Positions 13,041-25,747 of a stretch of 64,000 nt of DNA are shown one piece after another; the first letter of the stretch is position 1; each line of letters starts with the position of its first letter. This DNA is from Macrostomum lignano (Eukaryota): the NCBI GenBank assembly GCA_002269645.1, contig NIVC01001571.1:1-64000 (forward strand), in the 5' to 3' direction. The position numbers were made by a program, and so were the translations under genes. A model generated the notes under the pieces. That model saw only the letters and a program-made list of their open reading frames with translations. It made no database searches and had not been told where the DNA came from.

Positions 13041-16000
13041 TCAAGAAGAATAGAACACGATACGACCGTCGGAACCGCCGGTGACAAGCCAGGGCAGGCG
13101 AGGATGAAAGTCGCAGGCGGTGACTCGCACAATCCCGCTGCCGCCGACGCTTCCAACTTGATGGCCGCGCAGGCGTTTCACTGGCACTAGCAGCGGATTC
13201 TCTAGCAGGTCGGCGTACACCCTGCTGTGCAGCACTAAACAGCTGCCATCGTCGCTAACAGACGCGCTTAGTGGCAGCGACGGATGAACGACGCATTGTC
13301 GGACTCCGTCGGTGTGAATTCGAAGCTGCTTGTAGGGAGTGCAGGCTAAATCCAGATCGAACCAGGCCAAACGGCTGTCCAGACTGCCGGCTAGCAGGTG
13401 GCAGCCGGTTGGATGAACGCTGAGACAGCTCAACGCGCGGGCGTTTGGCTTCAGAGTCTTCAGCTTGGTGAGCTTGGCCAAGTCGTACACCTTTAGTAGG
13501 TAGAGTTTTAATTGTGTTCAAATTTGAATTCTAATGCTTACATTTGATTGACTCCCAAAAATACCATGAGTGCCACATTGAATCTCAAAAGTGTCTTATA
13601 CTGAATCTTATGAGTCTCAAGAATGCTGAGTTTTATGATTCTCATGCTGAATCTTATAAGTCTCATACTGAATCTCAAGACCCTCATAGCGAATTTCAAG
13701 AATATTCTGAGTCTCAGGAGTCTCGTATCGAATCTCAAAACTCTCGTGCCGAGTTTAGAGTCTTATACAGAGTCTCATGAGTCTCATAACGAGCCTCATA
13801 CCGAGTCTCATGAGTCTCATACTGAGTCTCAAGAGTCCCATACCGAGTCTGAAGAATCTAATACTGAGTCTCATACCCAGTCTCACGAGTCTCATACTTA
13901 ATCTCATACCGAGGCTTAACACTCTCATATCGAGTCTAAAGAGTCTCATACCGAGCCTCATGAGTGACATACCGAGAGTCATACTGAGTCTCATAAGTCT
14001 CATACCGAGTCTAAAGAGTCTTATACTAAGTCTAAAAGTCTTAAACCGAGTCTCATGAGTGTCAAACCGAGACTCATACTGAGTCTAAAAGTCTCATACC
14101 GAGTCTAAAGAGTCTTATACTAAGTCTAAAAGTCTCAAACCGAGTCTCATGAGTGTCATACCGAGACTCATACTGAGTCTCATAAGTCTCATACCGAGTC
14201 TAAAGACTCTCATACCGAGTCTAAAGACTCTCATACCGAGTCTAAAGACTCTCATACCGAGTCTAAAGACTCTCATACCGAGTCTAAAGACTCTCATACC
14301 GAGTCTAAAGACTCTCATACCGAGTCTAAAGACTCTCATACCGAGTCTAAAGACTCTCATACCGAGTCTAAAGACTCTCATACCGAGTCTAAAGACTCTC
14401 ATACCGAGTCTAAAGACTCTCATACCGAGTCTAAAGAGTCTCACACCGAATTCCAAGACTCACTTGAATCCTAGCCTTCTCGGCCACGTAGAGCACAGGC
14501 TTCACCGGATCGAACTGGGCACAGCAAACCGCCGCTGTGGCCGCCTTCTTGCCGGCGCCACCTAACGGAGACTGGCTAGATCTAGTCGTCAGCCGGTGCA
14601 CCAGTAGGGAGCCGCTGTCAGATACGGTCAGAAAATAATCACCCTGACGATGCCAAGCAAGCTGTTTGACACCGCCTTGAGCAGTAGGCAATTGTACAGT
14701 TGCCAGAGTGCGAGACTTTGTTATTGCAGCGCCATTAGCGGACGCTTCGGTGGAGAGAATAGTCCAAATGGCTGCTGACTGTTGCTGCTGCTGTTGCTCG
14801 CCAGAAGTGGTGGCCCAAGCTTCGGCAAATCGAGATGCCAACAGCCGGTCGCAGCTGATTAGTTCAGTGTGTAGTGGGGAAATACTATCTTAAATACTAT
14901 GAATAACTAAATTTCACTAGCAAAAAATGCGTTTATTTACTGGCTTTAGTAAGTAGCAAAATTAGCGTTTTTTTTTATTTTCGGCACTTTTTCCAAAATA
15001 TTATTCAAACAGGGAAGGGGTGGTACAGAAAGCTCAGCCTCTCTACTAGCTCACTTTAAACGCTATTTTACTTAATTTTACGTACTACTCGTACTACTCT
15101 CTGATTCGAAGGTAAGCATGGACTAAAAAAGAAACAGATGTCGATTTGTTTCACATACCGACACACAGAAGACACATACCAATTCTATGAAAAAATACTG
15201 ATTCTGAGAAACTGATACTGATTCTGAGAAACAGATACTGATTCTGAGAAACAGATACTGATTCTGAGAAACAGATACAGATTCTGAGAAACAGATACTG
15301 ATTCTGAGAAACAGATACTGATTCTGAGAAACAGATACAGATTCTGAGAAACAGATACTGATTCTGAGAAACAGATACAGATTCTGAGAAACAGATACTG
15401 ATTCTGAGAAACAGATACTGATTCTGAGAAACAGATACTGATTCTGAGAAACAGATACAGATTCTGAGAAACAGATACTGATTCTGAGAAACAGATACTG
15501 ATTCTGAGAAACAGATACTGATTCTGAGAAACAGATACTGATTCTGAGAAACAGATACTGATTCTGAGAAACAGATACCAATTCTAAGAAACAGATACCA
15601 ATTCTAATAAACAGATACCAATTCTAAGAAACTTATACCGATTCTAAGAATAGATACCGATTCTAAGAAACAAAAAACCAGTCCTAAGAAACAGATGTCG
15701 ATTCCAAGAAATCGATAGATTCTGAGAGATCCATACAGCTTCCACGTAATTGCTAGACTCTAATAAATAGAAATTTAAGAAATTGATGAACTTATTAAAT
15801 CGATAGGCATTCTAAGAAAAAGATACAGATTCTAAGAAACAAAAATACACACTTGATCATTTTTTATAACTCTCACCGATCCGTAGCAACCAGGTACACC
15901 CGTCCGGAGCCCGCTCCACCAGCGGCGATGCACGGCCTATCGGCGCACGGATTCCACGTGGCCGAGACCAGGCCGCCTTCACTTGCGGACTCCAACTGGG

Positions 16001-18968
16001 CCGACCAGGCTCTATAGCCGGTGGTGAGTTCGAATACGGCTAGGCGGCCGCCGGCGCCTGACGCGGCAAACCATTGACCGCTGGGATCAACAGAGCAGGC
16101 GGTGATGGGGAGCGGCTGCTGACTGTCCTGAGCCTCCTCTGGCCAGGCCAGATACTGCAACACGCGCAGATGTGGAAAAGGTCGCAAATCTCTTGGAGCG
16201 GGCAATTTGGGCAGCAGATCCTCAGGATCCATGCTAACCCGATGTCGGACAACTCGGGCCGCCAGATGTAGATCTTGGCAACGCTCGTAGCTGAGTTAAG
16301 CAGAGTTGGCGATGGTTAGAAATTGTTAGAAATACAGAATGAAAGTAGCGACCCATTACATGAGGCAGTTTAAAGCCTTAAACTTATGTAGTATTATGTA
16401 AGCCTACAAAGAATCTACCGTCCAACAGTCTGTAAGCCGCTACACCTCAACGATCCTTACAGTCTGTAAGCCGCTACATCTCAACAGTCCTACAGTCTGT
16501 AAGCCGCTATATCTCAACAGTCCTACAGTCTGTAAGGCCACAAAAAAGTTCCCTATTCGCTAAATCGCTAAAATTGCACAGCAGCCTCACAGCTCCGATG
16601 TGTATCCTGGATACGCCGGCACGCGTCGCAGAGCCGCGTATTTGGTTGGCACAAAGTTAACACGACGCTCGTAATCCTCTTGATTGCGCCATTTCTCCAA
16701 TTCTTCGTCATCGAATAGGTACTCCTCTGGCGGATTGTAGCTCTCGTAGTGCGTTGGCGGCGCCTATGAATATTGTAATTTTGCTAAAAAATTGGCTCAT
16801 TTTGCTGAACAAAAAAAGCTATCAATCGATCAAAATATCAATGAATCAACCTATCAAACTATTAATGAATGAATCAATCAATTAATCAATCGATCAAAAT
16901 ATCAATGAATCAACCTATCAATGAATCAATCTACCAAACTATTAATGCATCAGTCTATCAACTAATCAATCGATCAACCTATCAATGAATCAATCCATCA
17001 ATAATTCAACCTATCAACCTATCAATGAATCAACCTATCAAACTATTAATGAATCAATCAATCAATTTATCAATCGATCAAACTATCAATGAATCAACCT
17101 ATCAATGAATCAATCTATCAAACTATTAATGCATCAATCTATCAATTAATCAATTGATCAACCTATCAATTAATCAATCTATCATTTAATCAATTCATCA
17201 ACCTATCAATGAATTAATCGATCAACCAAATCGCCTATCACTTCATCAATCTGTCAAGTCACTACCTGGTCAATTTTACCAATCTGCTTAATCAATCAAT
17301 TATCTACCAAGACCATAAAGGTACTAGGTACCTTCTTAGGCGGCCTAATATAAGGCAGTTTCCGTCTAATAGCTTCGTCCTCGTCGCCAGCCTGCCGATC
17401 CCAGATGTCGTAAAATCTGTTGGCATTGTCACCTCGGGCGGCAGCTTCGCGTTGGCGACGCGCTTCGGCCCGCTGCTCACCGGTGAGCATCCAGCCCATC
17501 TTGATGGCGTGCACCATGCGCCCCACGCGGAGCCGCTCCCATTTAGATGGCACAAACGAGCTTTTACTTGGCGGGTGAGCAGTCACGGGCGTTGCCATGG
17601 TGTCAGAGGTGAACCAGTCAGTCTGAGAAGATTGGACAAATTAAACATACAGATTTAGACATTTTCTAGAAAAGTAAGACACAGCTAGTAGATATCCTGA
17701 CACAAACTAAACACACCCTGACACAAACTAAACACACCTTGACACAAACTAGACACACCCTGACACAAACTAGACACACCCAGACACACCGTGAAACAAA
17801 CTAGACACACCCAGACACACCCTGACACAAACTAGACACACCCTGACACAAACTAGACACACCCTGACACAAACTAGACACACCCAGACACACCGTGAAA
17901 CAAACTAGACACAACCTGACAAACTAGACACAATCTGACACAAACTAGACACAATCTGACACAAACTAGATACAAGCTGACACAAACTAGACACATCCTG
18001 ACACAAACTAGACACACCCTGACACAAATTAGACACACCCTGACACAAACTAGACACAATCGGACACAAACTAGACACAATCTGACAAACTAGACACAAT
18101 CTGACACAAACTAGACACACCCTGACACAAACTACATGTAGACACACCCTGACAGACACAAACTACATGTAGTCACCTGACAAACTACATGCAGACACAA
18201 CCTGACACAAACTAGACACCCTGACACAAACTAGACACCCTGACACAAACTAGACACCCTGACATAAACTAGACACAACCTGACACAAACTAGACACCCT
18301 GACACAAACTAGACACCCTGACACAAACTAGACACAACCTGACACAAACTAGACACCCTGACACAAACTAGACAACCTGACACAAACTAGACAACCTGAC
18401 ATAGTGACAGTGAACACTGAAACACCGCAAGGAGACACCCTGACACAAACTACATGTAGACACAAAGTAGACACACCGATACACTCAGACACAAATAACA
18501 AACAGCTGACTTGCTTGAGTGAAATAGGACACATCCACTGAAACAAATCAGGCGCGTCAAAGTCAATCGGACAAATTAACGAAATTCCCAACAATAAACA
18601 ATTCAGCTTACGTGGTCCTCGTATGGATCAACATTGGGATCCGGCACGCGACCCCGCACAATGTTCTTAACTAACTGTACATCCTCGTCGCACAGAACAA
18701 TTCGCTGCCCAGTTTTGGGGTCGATAACAGTTCTCCAGTATTCTGGATCGTCCATCTTGGCCATGAAATCGTCTAACTGATCCCCAGTGTCTGGCTTCAT
18801 CAGTTTCCTACCCTCGGTATCGTAGCCAATATGAGGATATTTTGTATACCAATGCATTGGCACGTTGCCAACCGTATTGCGTATGTCCTCATCATCAGAC
18901 GAATCGTAATCATATTCGTCTGGAGCTGTCAGAGGCGATTCAATTGGCTGCTTTTTAATATCCGACAT
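13041..18968 (-). CDS. BOP1: Ribosome biogenesis protein BOP1/Erb1 (PeBoW complex, WD40)
   Basis: Six phase-compatible exons: 18968-18612, 17622-17332, 16763-16591, 16290-15877, 14854-14464, 13490-13041. Hallmarks: [96 protein letters not shown]. Confidence 0.96.
13560..14460. repeat. 21-bp minisatellite CTCATACCGAGTCTAAAGACT, BOP1 last intron
   Basis: Perfect copies near 14190-14430, degenerate towards 13560. Confidence 0.95.
15160..15730. repeat. 20-bp minisatellite ATTCTGAGAAACAGATACTG
   Basis: Direct reading. Confidence 0.97.
16405..16538. repeat. 33-bp short array CAGTCTGTAAGCCGCTACATCTCAACAGTCCTA (3-4 copies)
   Basis: Direct reading. Confidence 0.9.
16820..17260. repeat. Degenerate (ATCA)-based repeat ATCAATGAATCAACCT
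   Basis: Direct reading. Confidence 0.9.
17695..18470. repeat. 21-bp minisatellite CTGACACAAACTAGACACACC
   Basis: Fills BOP1 intron 1. Confidence 0.95.
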
Positions 18969-19056
18969 TGCTAAAGCTCTGCAATATTGTTAACAGAAAA
19001 TGGTTTATATTGGTTGTGTTAATGTAGGGGCTTTGTAAAACGTGCTTGTAGCTTAA

Positions 19057-19357
19057 GGGGTTGCAGCCTATTGGTTAGAGCGTCGGACGCACAACTGAAA
19101 GGTCGGGGGTTCGATTCTCGACCATCTCGAAAAAATTGTGTCCTTGAGCAAGACACTTAACTCTGCATTGCTTCAGTTCACCCAACTGTAAAATGGGTGC
19201 CAGCATTAGCTGGGGTAATTGAGGGTGTGTGGCGACCCCCCAGTCGTTGGACTGAACAGAATTACACAGCCTTCAGATGCGTATGCAACAGCTGCGGCTG
19301 AGCTGTCAATTGCACATCTGCCCATTAGGGCAGGTTTAATTATTTATTATTATTATT
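19057..19357 (+). mobile_element. tRNA-derived SINE with CORE-like central domain and (ATT)n tail
   Basis: Head has A/B-box-like motifs (TGGTTAGAGC; GGTTCGATTC). Centre GTCCTTGAGCAAGACACTTAAC..CAGTT..CTGTAAAATGGG resembles the MIR CORE. Ends in a structured 3' tail plus TTATTATT. Confidence 0.8.
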
Positions 19358-19821
19358 AAATTAAAACTAGGTACAGTATCACTATAAAAGCAAAGGGGCA
19401 ACAAATATTCAGTCCTGTATTCTACAACAGAGCCATGCTGCTACCATATCACAGTATAGTTATAACACAACAGTTACTCACTGTGGCAGTCTCAAAGGTT
19501 GGTAAAACCAGCCTATTTGATTGTGTATACTAACCACAGCCAACTCTGCTTAACTTGCAGAACTTTCATAATTTATAATTGGCATTTGTTCTAATTATAA
19601 ATAAGAAATTAAGAATAAAATCAAAGAAAATTGTTGTTTATTTGATTTAGTAGGCAGGTAAAATCCAAAAAAAAATTATTTATCAAATAAATGTTTAACT
19701 GCTAGCTGACCTGGCTAGCATAAATTGATAGACTAAAGGTAAGTTAAAAAATTGACAAGCACATCTAAATGGACTAGGAAGCCAACATGCATATACTCAA
19801 TTATCCTAGCTAAGGCTAATG

Positions 19822-19948
19822 CCCATTTTATAGCTGGGTGAACTGAAACAATGCAGAGTTTGAAGTCTCTTGCTCAAGGACACAAATTATTTTATGTGGT
19901 TTGAGAATCAAACCTCTAACTTTCTATTTGTGAGTCCAACACTAAACT
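19822..19948 (-). mobile_element. Old, CpG-decayed fragment of the same SINE
   Basis: The reverse complement aligns to the head and CORE of 19073-19200, with CpG sites changed mainly to TpG/CpA. Confidence 0.75.
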
Positions 19949-20899
19949 TTAGGCTATACTCCCTAATAAATAAAACTAAGGACCAAAATTTGACAAGCCA
20001 AAAAATCAAATAGAATAGATGATCTGGGAAAATGACTTGAGCACTACTTAACTTTACAATAATGATTGGCTTTATACTCAATTTGACTAGACTTTCACAA
20101 AAATGAAACATTTTTGCATGTAATATAAAAAGAATTTTGTAAATAGTTGCCTCTTTTCCTTCCATTTTTCAGTATTTTTTTCTTGTATCATGCTTTTATT
20201 ATTTTTTGTTTCTGAAAATATTATAGCTATTTTTTATGAATTATTTGATAGTTCAAAAAAATTCAGCAAAAAAGGTCAATATTGAATAAAACTATAAAGG
20301 GAAATTTTATAAAAGCATATTATAATTTGAATAGATAAACTTTTAAACTAATTTATTTCATCAAACTAACCTATCAATTTTGCAAATAAAAATTCCAATT
20401 TAAACAAACTTAAATTATACCTACAAAAATATGATGCAAAACTGATAATCTTAGCAACAATTGACACTAATTTTTTTCATTATTAATTTCAAAGAAGCAA
20501 AAATGTTATTATTGATGATACAAATTTTCCATTACTTTACGTAAAAACATTAATTTACATTACAATTTTCATGCATGGCATGAATTTATTCACCAAAATG
20601 TGTATGCCAAAAAAGTATGTGTGGCTGTGTGTTACTTGTGTATGCCAATAGTGTACGCCAACAAAGTTTGCCAGGGGTTGTGTACACCAGTGCTGCCACT
20701 ACCTGCATTTTTAACGCAGCTGCATTTTTTAGCTCTTGCTCTGCGTTATGCGATAATTTTTTCACTAGGCATAATATCTGCATTTTTTCTTATTATATAC
20801 ACTGTACCCTGGAACTCTGGAAAGATCTGGACTATTGATCTGCGAAGAAATAGCCAAGTTGATGACAGCCAGCTGGGAGTCGGCAAGGAGACTCAAATT

Positions 20900-21961
20900 C
20901 TACTCCGCGACCCAGGAAGACGAGAATCTCAAAATGCACTATTCTTTCTTAAGTTTTGTGCATTCTATCAAGCCCTTGCTGCCTACCTAGCAACTGAACT
21001 TCCATTTAGGAAGTTAATTCTACGGCGCCTGCAAGTTCTCAATCCAGGCAAACTGCTTGACAAAGAGAGTCCCGACCTTGCTTTTGCGCTGGCCAAGCAG
21101 CTGCCAACAGTAATATGCCAGAACGAACTTGACTCTCTTCATCAAGAAGTTCAGCAGCTGCGTCTTCAAGGGCATTTTGTCGAAAGCTACCCAGTACCAG
21201 CACTTTTCTGGCATCAGGTCGCCAATAAGAAGAACATCTTTGACGAGCCAGTGTTCCCCTTGATGACTAAGTTAGCGCAAGCTGTCATGACCTTCTTCCA
21301 CACCAATGCCAATCCAGAACATGCTATAGGGAAGTCAAGTGACATTGATGATAATTCAAAGCGAAATGCAATGGCTGACACCACTCGTCTAGCTAGCTCA
21401 TCTTTGAGTTTGTAGCTTCCTTTGCTCAACTCAGCAACTGCATGTGCATCGATACAAACATCAGTTGGAACCTGATTGATCTTGGGATAATGGGATTGAA
21501 GCATGAACCAAGTATTTCACCCACTAGGCAGAAAAGAAAAAGCATAAGGCAACAGAATTGAAAAGGCTCAGGCGGCTGCTGCAGCGCAAGCGGCCAAGGA
21601 TGCTGAGGCAGCAAAGTATGAAATGCAGTGCCTAGAGCAAGCAATGAAGATTCGCTAGCAAGAGAAGGCTGCTCATGACCTCAAGCAGGAAGCCAATCAA
21701 AAGGTTACCAAAGCAGAGTTGGTGCTGCAGAAGGTTGCTGAGCACCTAAAGCAAGTGCAGTGTGAGAGGGAGGCTGCCCAGAAAGCCAAAATGGCAGTGG
21801 AAAAGGACCACCAAATGCTAGACCAACGTGCTTTTGATGGAGGTGGAGCTACAAAGCGCAAGTCCTCTAGTCAAGCCAATGTGGACCAAGAATCCATCGC
21901 CGACGCCAATGGAAAAGCTTCCACCAGCAAGAAGCCCTGTGACTATGACAATGTAGTATAA
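20900..21961 (+). mobile_element. Degenerate hAT-superfamily transposase remnant (C-terminal dimerisation region plus coiled-coil tail)
   Basis: FWHQVANKKNIFDEPVFPLMTKLAQAVMTFFHTNANPEH..KRNAM fits the hAT C-terminal motif (FW..FP.L.KLA..LT.PHSNA..ER). Interrupted by stops downstream. An inverted ~21-bp motif occurs at 20680-20702 and 22277-22297. Confidence 0.7.
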
Positions 21962-23189
21962 TAAATTGATCTGACTGTCTATAACAAAAAAAAACTTTCA
22001 CATTGTTTTTTAAGTACAAGCAACTTTTTAGCAATCAATTTATTATTAAAGTCAATTAATAACAGCTATTTTTACCGTTGATTATTCTGCTACACTGTGT
22101 TGTGTGTTTTGTTTGTTGTGTTGCCTATCTGAAATCAAGGAAAAAAATTAAATAAAAAATTTGAATTTAGCGTTAAAAATTTCTATATTCAAATATCTTT
22201 TAGTGATGGGAAGTAAAAACAATCATAATTTTAGAATGCATTTTTTCCTTGTGCATTAAATTTTTCACAATATAGAATGGCAGCACTGGTATACACCGAT
22301 TGTATACTCTAAGGGCTTAAGATGGCCATTTTGTATGCTGGAAAAGTTCCGGTGTACATGCATACCATCTGCAACCTAGCTAGGCCTTAGCTGTATAGAA
22401 CACAACTAAATTTATTTCTTGGCATAAATTTGAATTAATGGTATATTAACATATAGGGGATCATTTTTTCTAGTATACCATGTCATTTAACAGCTTTGGG
22501 GTGTGGTCTGAGCTTTAAAATTGCTCATTTGCTCAGTATTTGGCTCTAGGCCTAGTTAGTCTTAGCTCATTTGTATGCCATTGTCTAGTCCAGCCCATAC
22601 ATGCGCAACTTCTGAAATTACGCTGGCCGTGCGACTTAGTTTTCGATCAAAAATGCGACTTACCTATGTAAGAAAGCTAAACAAAGAATTGTGGGTAAAC
22701 GGCAGGAGTAACTATGACCATATTTTAAAGGCTAAATGCCTCGCCAGCTAATTAGTGCAGATTTCGCAGTTTTTATTACAGCTAATCAGTATATCATAGT
22801 GGCGGCCTGAGGCAATTAGTAATGATGACAATGAGTAAAGACATGTAATGACAAAATTCATGATTCATGAATGTCTAGAAGTAAGTGAAGTGAATACAGT
22901 GTGGCCTATAGCTCAAGAATAATTTCACTTGCTAGACGATTTGGCATGGAAGATGAGAGCCCTGATTCAGATGGCTCATCAGATGCAGAATACAAATCCA
23001 GTAGAGATACAAGCTGTGAAAACCCACAGATTTTGAAACCACTGAATTCCAATTCCCGGAACTATTTTGCATAGATTCTTAAATTTGAAGTCATGCTTAA
23101 ACAAAAACTTGTTAACAGTTAGGAAAAAGGCAAACAAGGATAGGAGTAAATGCATGTTAAATTAAGATTTGAGGCCTTTGCAAATTCTC

Positions 23190-24180
23190 TCCTTTCCTCA
23201 ATCTTCTCATCCTCTTTTTCTTTTCTCTCTCATCCCTCATCCCTTCTCTCTTTCCTCTCCTCTCTCCTCTCTTTCCTCCTCTCTTATCTCTTCTGTCTCC
23301 TGTCTACATTCTTATCTCTCCTCTCGTCTCTCTCCACTTCACTCTACTCTCTCATCTTATCTCTCCTCTCGTCTCTCTCCACTCAACTCTCTCATCTCAT
23401 CTCTCCTCTCCTCTCTACTCTCTTCTCTACTCTCTTATCTCTCCTCTCTTCACTCTCCTCTTATCTCCTCCTTATCCTCTCTTCTATCATCTACTCTCTT
23501 ATCTCCTTTCTTCTCTCCTCTTTCCTCTTTCCTCTCTTCTGATCTCATCCATCATCATATCTTTCCTCTTTCCTCTCATCTCTCTCCTCCCTCAGCTTTT
23601 CTCTCATCTTCTATCTTTTCTCCCATTGCATCGCTCGTCTCTCCTCTGTTTGCTTATCTCCAACATACATGCGCAACAGTCGGCCGATCCGGCCGACCGA
23701 TTTGGCGGCCAATCAAGGAAGTCGCAAAAATGCCCACCCAAAAAATAACCTGGAGTAGTACTAAGTAGCTGACGAGGCATTTTAGCTTAATAAAACAGTC
23801 ATAGTTACTCCTGCCGTTTACCCAAAGTTGCGTTGATTTTGCTTTCGGGTTTTTTATATGTAAGTCGCATTTTTGGCCAAAAACTACGTCGCATTTTTGT
23901 TAAAACTAAGTCGCACGGCTGACCGAATTTTGGAGGTTGCACATGTATGATCTCCAATCTTCTATTCCCTCTACTTTGAAGTAAGAAAATATGCACACAT
24001 TTTTGCTGAAGATAAGAGGAGAGAAGAGGGCCTTGAGGACAAAGGGTAGAGAGAAAAGGGGAGAAAGGAGAGGGGAGAAGAGAGGAGAGTAAAAATGAAA
24101 GGAGAGAGAAGAGGGAAAAGGGGGAGAGAGAGAAGAGGGGAGGCAAGGTAGAGAAGAGAGAGATGAGAGTTGAAGAGACA
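23190..24180. repeat. CT-rich tract (23190-23660) and GA-rich tract (24005-24180) flanking the nested MITE
   Basis: Near-pure polypyrimidine followed by near-pure polypurine. Confidence 0.9.
23664..23949. mobile_element. 286-bp MITE of the same family, inserted in inverted orientation, TSD ATCTCCAA
   Basis: TIRs CATACATGCGCAAC / GTTGCACATGTATG; ATCTCCAA at 23656-23663 and 23950-23957. Confidence 0.9.
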
Positions 24181-24409
24181 CCAACCTTGCTAGTTAGAAA
24201 GTTTCAAAGAACCCGAGGGGCGAGGGCCAGATAGAGGGGCTTCGCGAGCTGGACTTTGCCGACCCCTGCTCCAGAGTTAAAGAAATCAATGGGAAACTGT
24301 TGACATAGGCTGCTGATTTCAAAGATCTTGTCTGTGGTTGAAGGCTTCTATTCTGTTTTTTTTGCTCTCCTGCCACACTTGCACCTACTACCCCTTGATC
24401 GCCTCTGAT

Positions 24410-25235
24410 TGCGACTTAGTTGCTCCGTTTGCGACTTACCTAACCCTTTTGCGACTTACCTAATCCTTTTTGCGACTTACCTAATCCTTTTGCAACTTAC
24501 CTAATCCTTTTTGCGACTTACCTAATCCTTTTGCGACTTGACCTAATCCTTTTTGCGACTTAGTTGCTCCTTTTGCGACTTACCTAATCCTTTTTGCAAC
24601 TTAGTTGCTCCTTTTGCGACTTACCTAACCCTTTTGCGACTTACCTAATCCTTTTTGCGACTTACCTAATCTTTTTGCGACTTGACCTAATCCTTTTTGC
24701 GACTTACCTAATCCTTTTGCAACTTACCTAATCCTTTTTGCGACTTACCTAATCCTTTTGCGACTTGACCTAATCCTTTTTGCGACTTAGTTGCTCCTTT
24801 TGCGACTTACCTAATCCTTTTTGCAACTTAGTTGCTCCTTTTGCGACTTACCTAACCCTTTTGCGACTTACCTAATCCTTTTTGCGACTTACCTAATCTT
24901 TTTGCGACTTGACCTAATCCTTTTTGCGACTTAGTTGCTCCTTTTGCGACTTACCTAATCCTTTTGCGACTTACCTAATCCTTTTTGCGACTTACCTAAC
25001 CCTTTTGCAACTTACCTAATCCTTTTGCGACTTACCTAATCCTTTTTGCGACTTGACCTAATCCTTTTTGCGACTTAGTTGCTCCTTTTGCGACTTACCT
25101 AATCCTTTTTGCGACTTACCTAATCCTTTTGTGACTTACCTAATCCTTTTTGTGACTTACCTAATCCTTTTTGCGACTTGACCAAATCCTTTTTGCAACT
25201 TAGTTGCTCCTTTTGCAACTTACCTAATCATTTGT
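24410..25235. repeat. 20-21-bp minisatellite TTTTGCGACTTACCTAATCC inside the 2.8-kb transposon
   Basis: Core GCGACTTA is the same as the element's subterminal motif. Confidence 0.95.
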
Positions 25236-25747
25236 GCAACTTAATTTCCTTCTGCTACAACTTGTTTTTCTTTTGCTTCACCATTTTACTTCCCTATATT
25301 GCTCTTTCCTCTTGCATTTTTTCGTTTTTGGTCAACTCAATTTTGCGACTTACCCTGGTCCACTACAATTTACGGTAGCCGGATCGGCCAGCTCGGCCAG
25401 CAGTTGCGCATGTATGGTCCAGCCTATTGCCCTATTTACCCTTTTAGGCCTATACAAAAATTATTCAACTTTATTTTAAAGCTGAGATCTAGAATTTCTA
25501 GGGTCTAGGCCTAGTTGATAATAGGACCTATACAAATACAAACACATTGCATATTAACACTTAGAGACTAGAGGCCCCTAGGCTAGGCCTAGGGTAGGCC
25601 TAACTAAATATTGCATATAATATTATTACTAAAATTGTTATAATCTTAGCCTGTGGCCCAATTAGGCTAGAGGCCTAGGGCTAGGCTAAAAATTTTAACT
25701 TATATGTCCCCTATATATTGCATTGGTATGATGTAGAATTGTAGGCC

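Larger units (their letters stand above)
22596..25416. mobile_element. Non-autonomous DNA transposon, 15-bp TIR CATACATGCGCAACT, 8-bp TSD GTCCAGCC
   Basis: TIRs at 22596 and ending at 25416; identical GTCCAGCC at 22588-22595 and 25417-25424. Confidence 0.9.

Noticed and set aside
10857-15581. Repetitive ORFs (RFGLRVL.., SLKTLIP.., SVSQNQY..), and similar ones at 29460, 39077, 41400, 43095, 49063, 56297 and 60656
   Set aside because: Translations of minisatellites; they lie in introns or intergenic DNA and have no protein-like composition.
19057-19130. tRNA gene (also 49735-49808)
   Set aside because: The acceptor stem is not closed and the sequence continues into SINE body and tail, so these are SINE heads.
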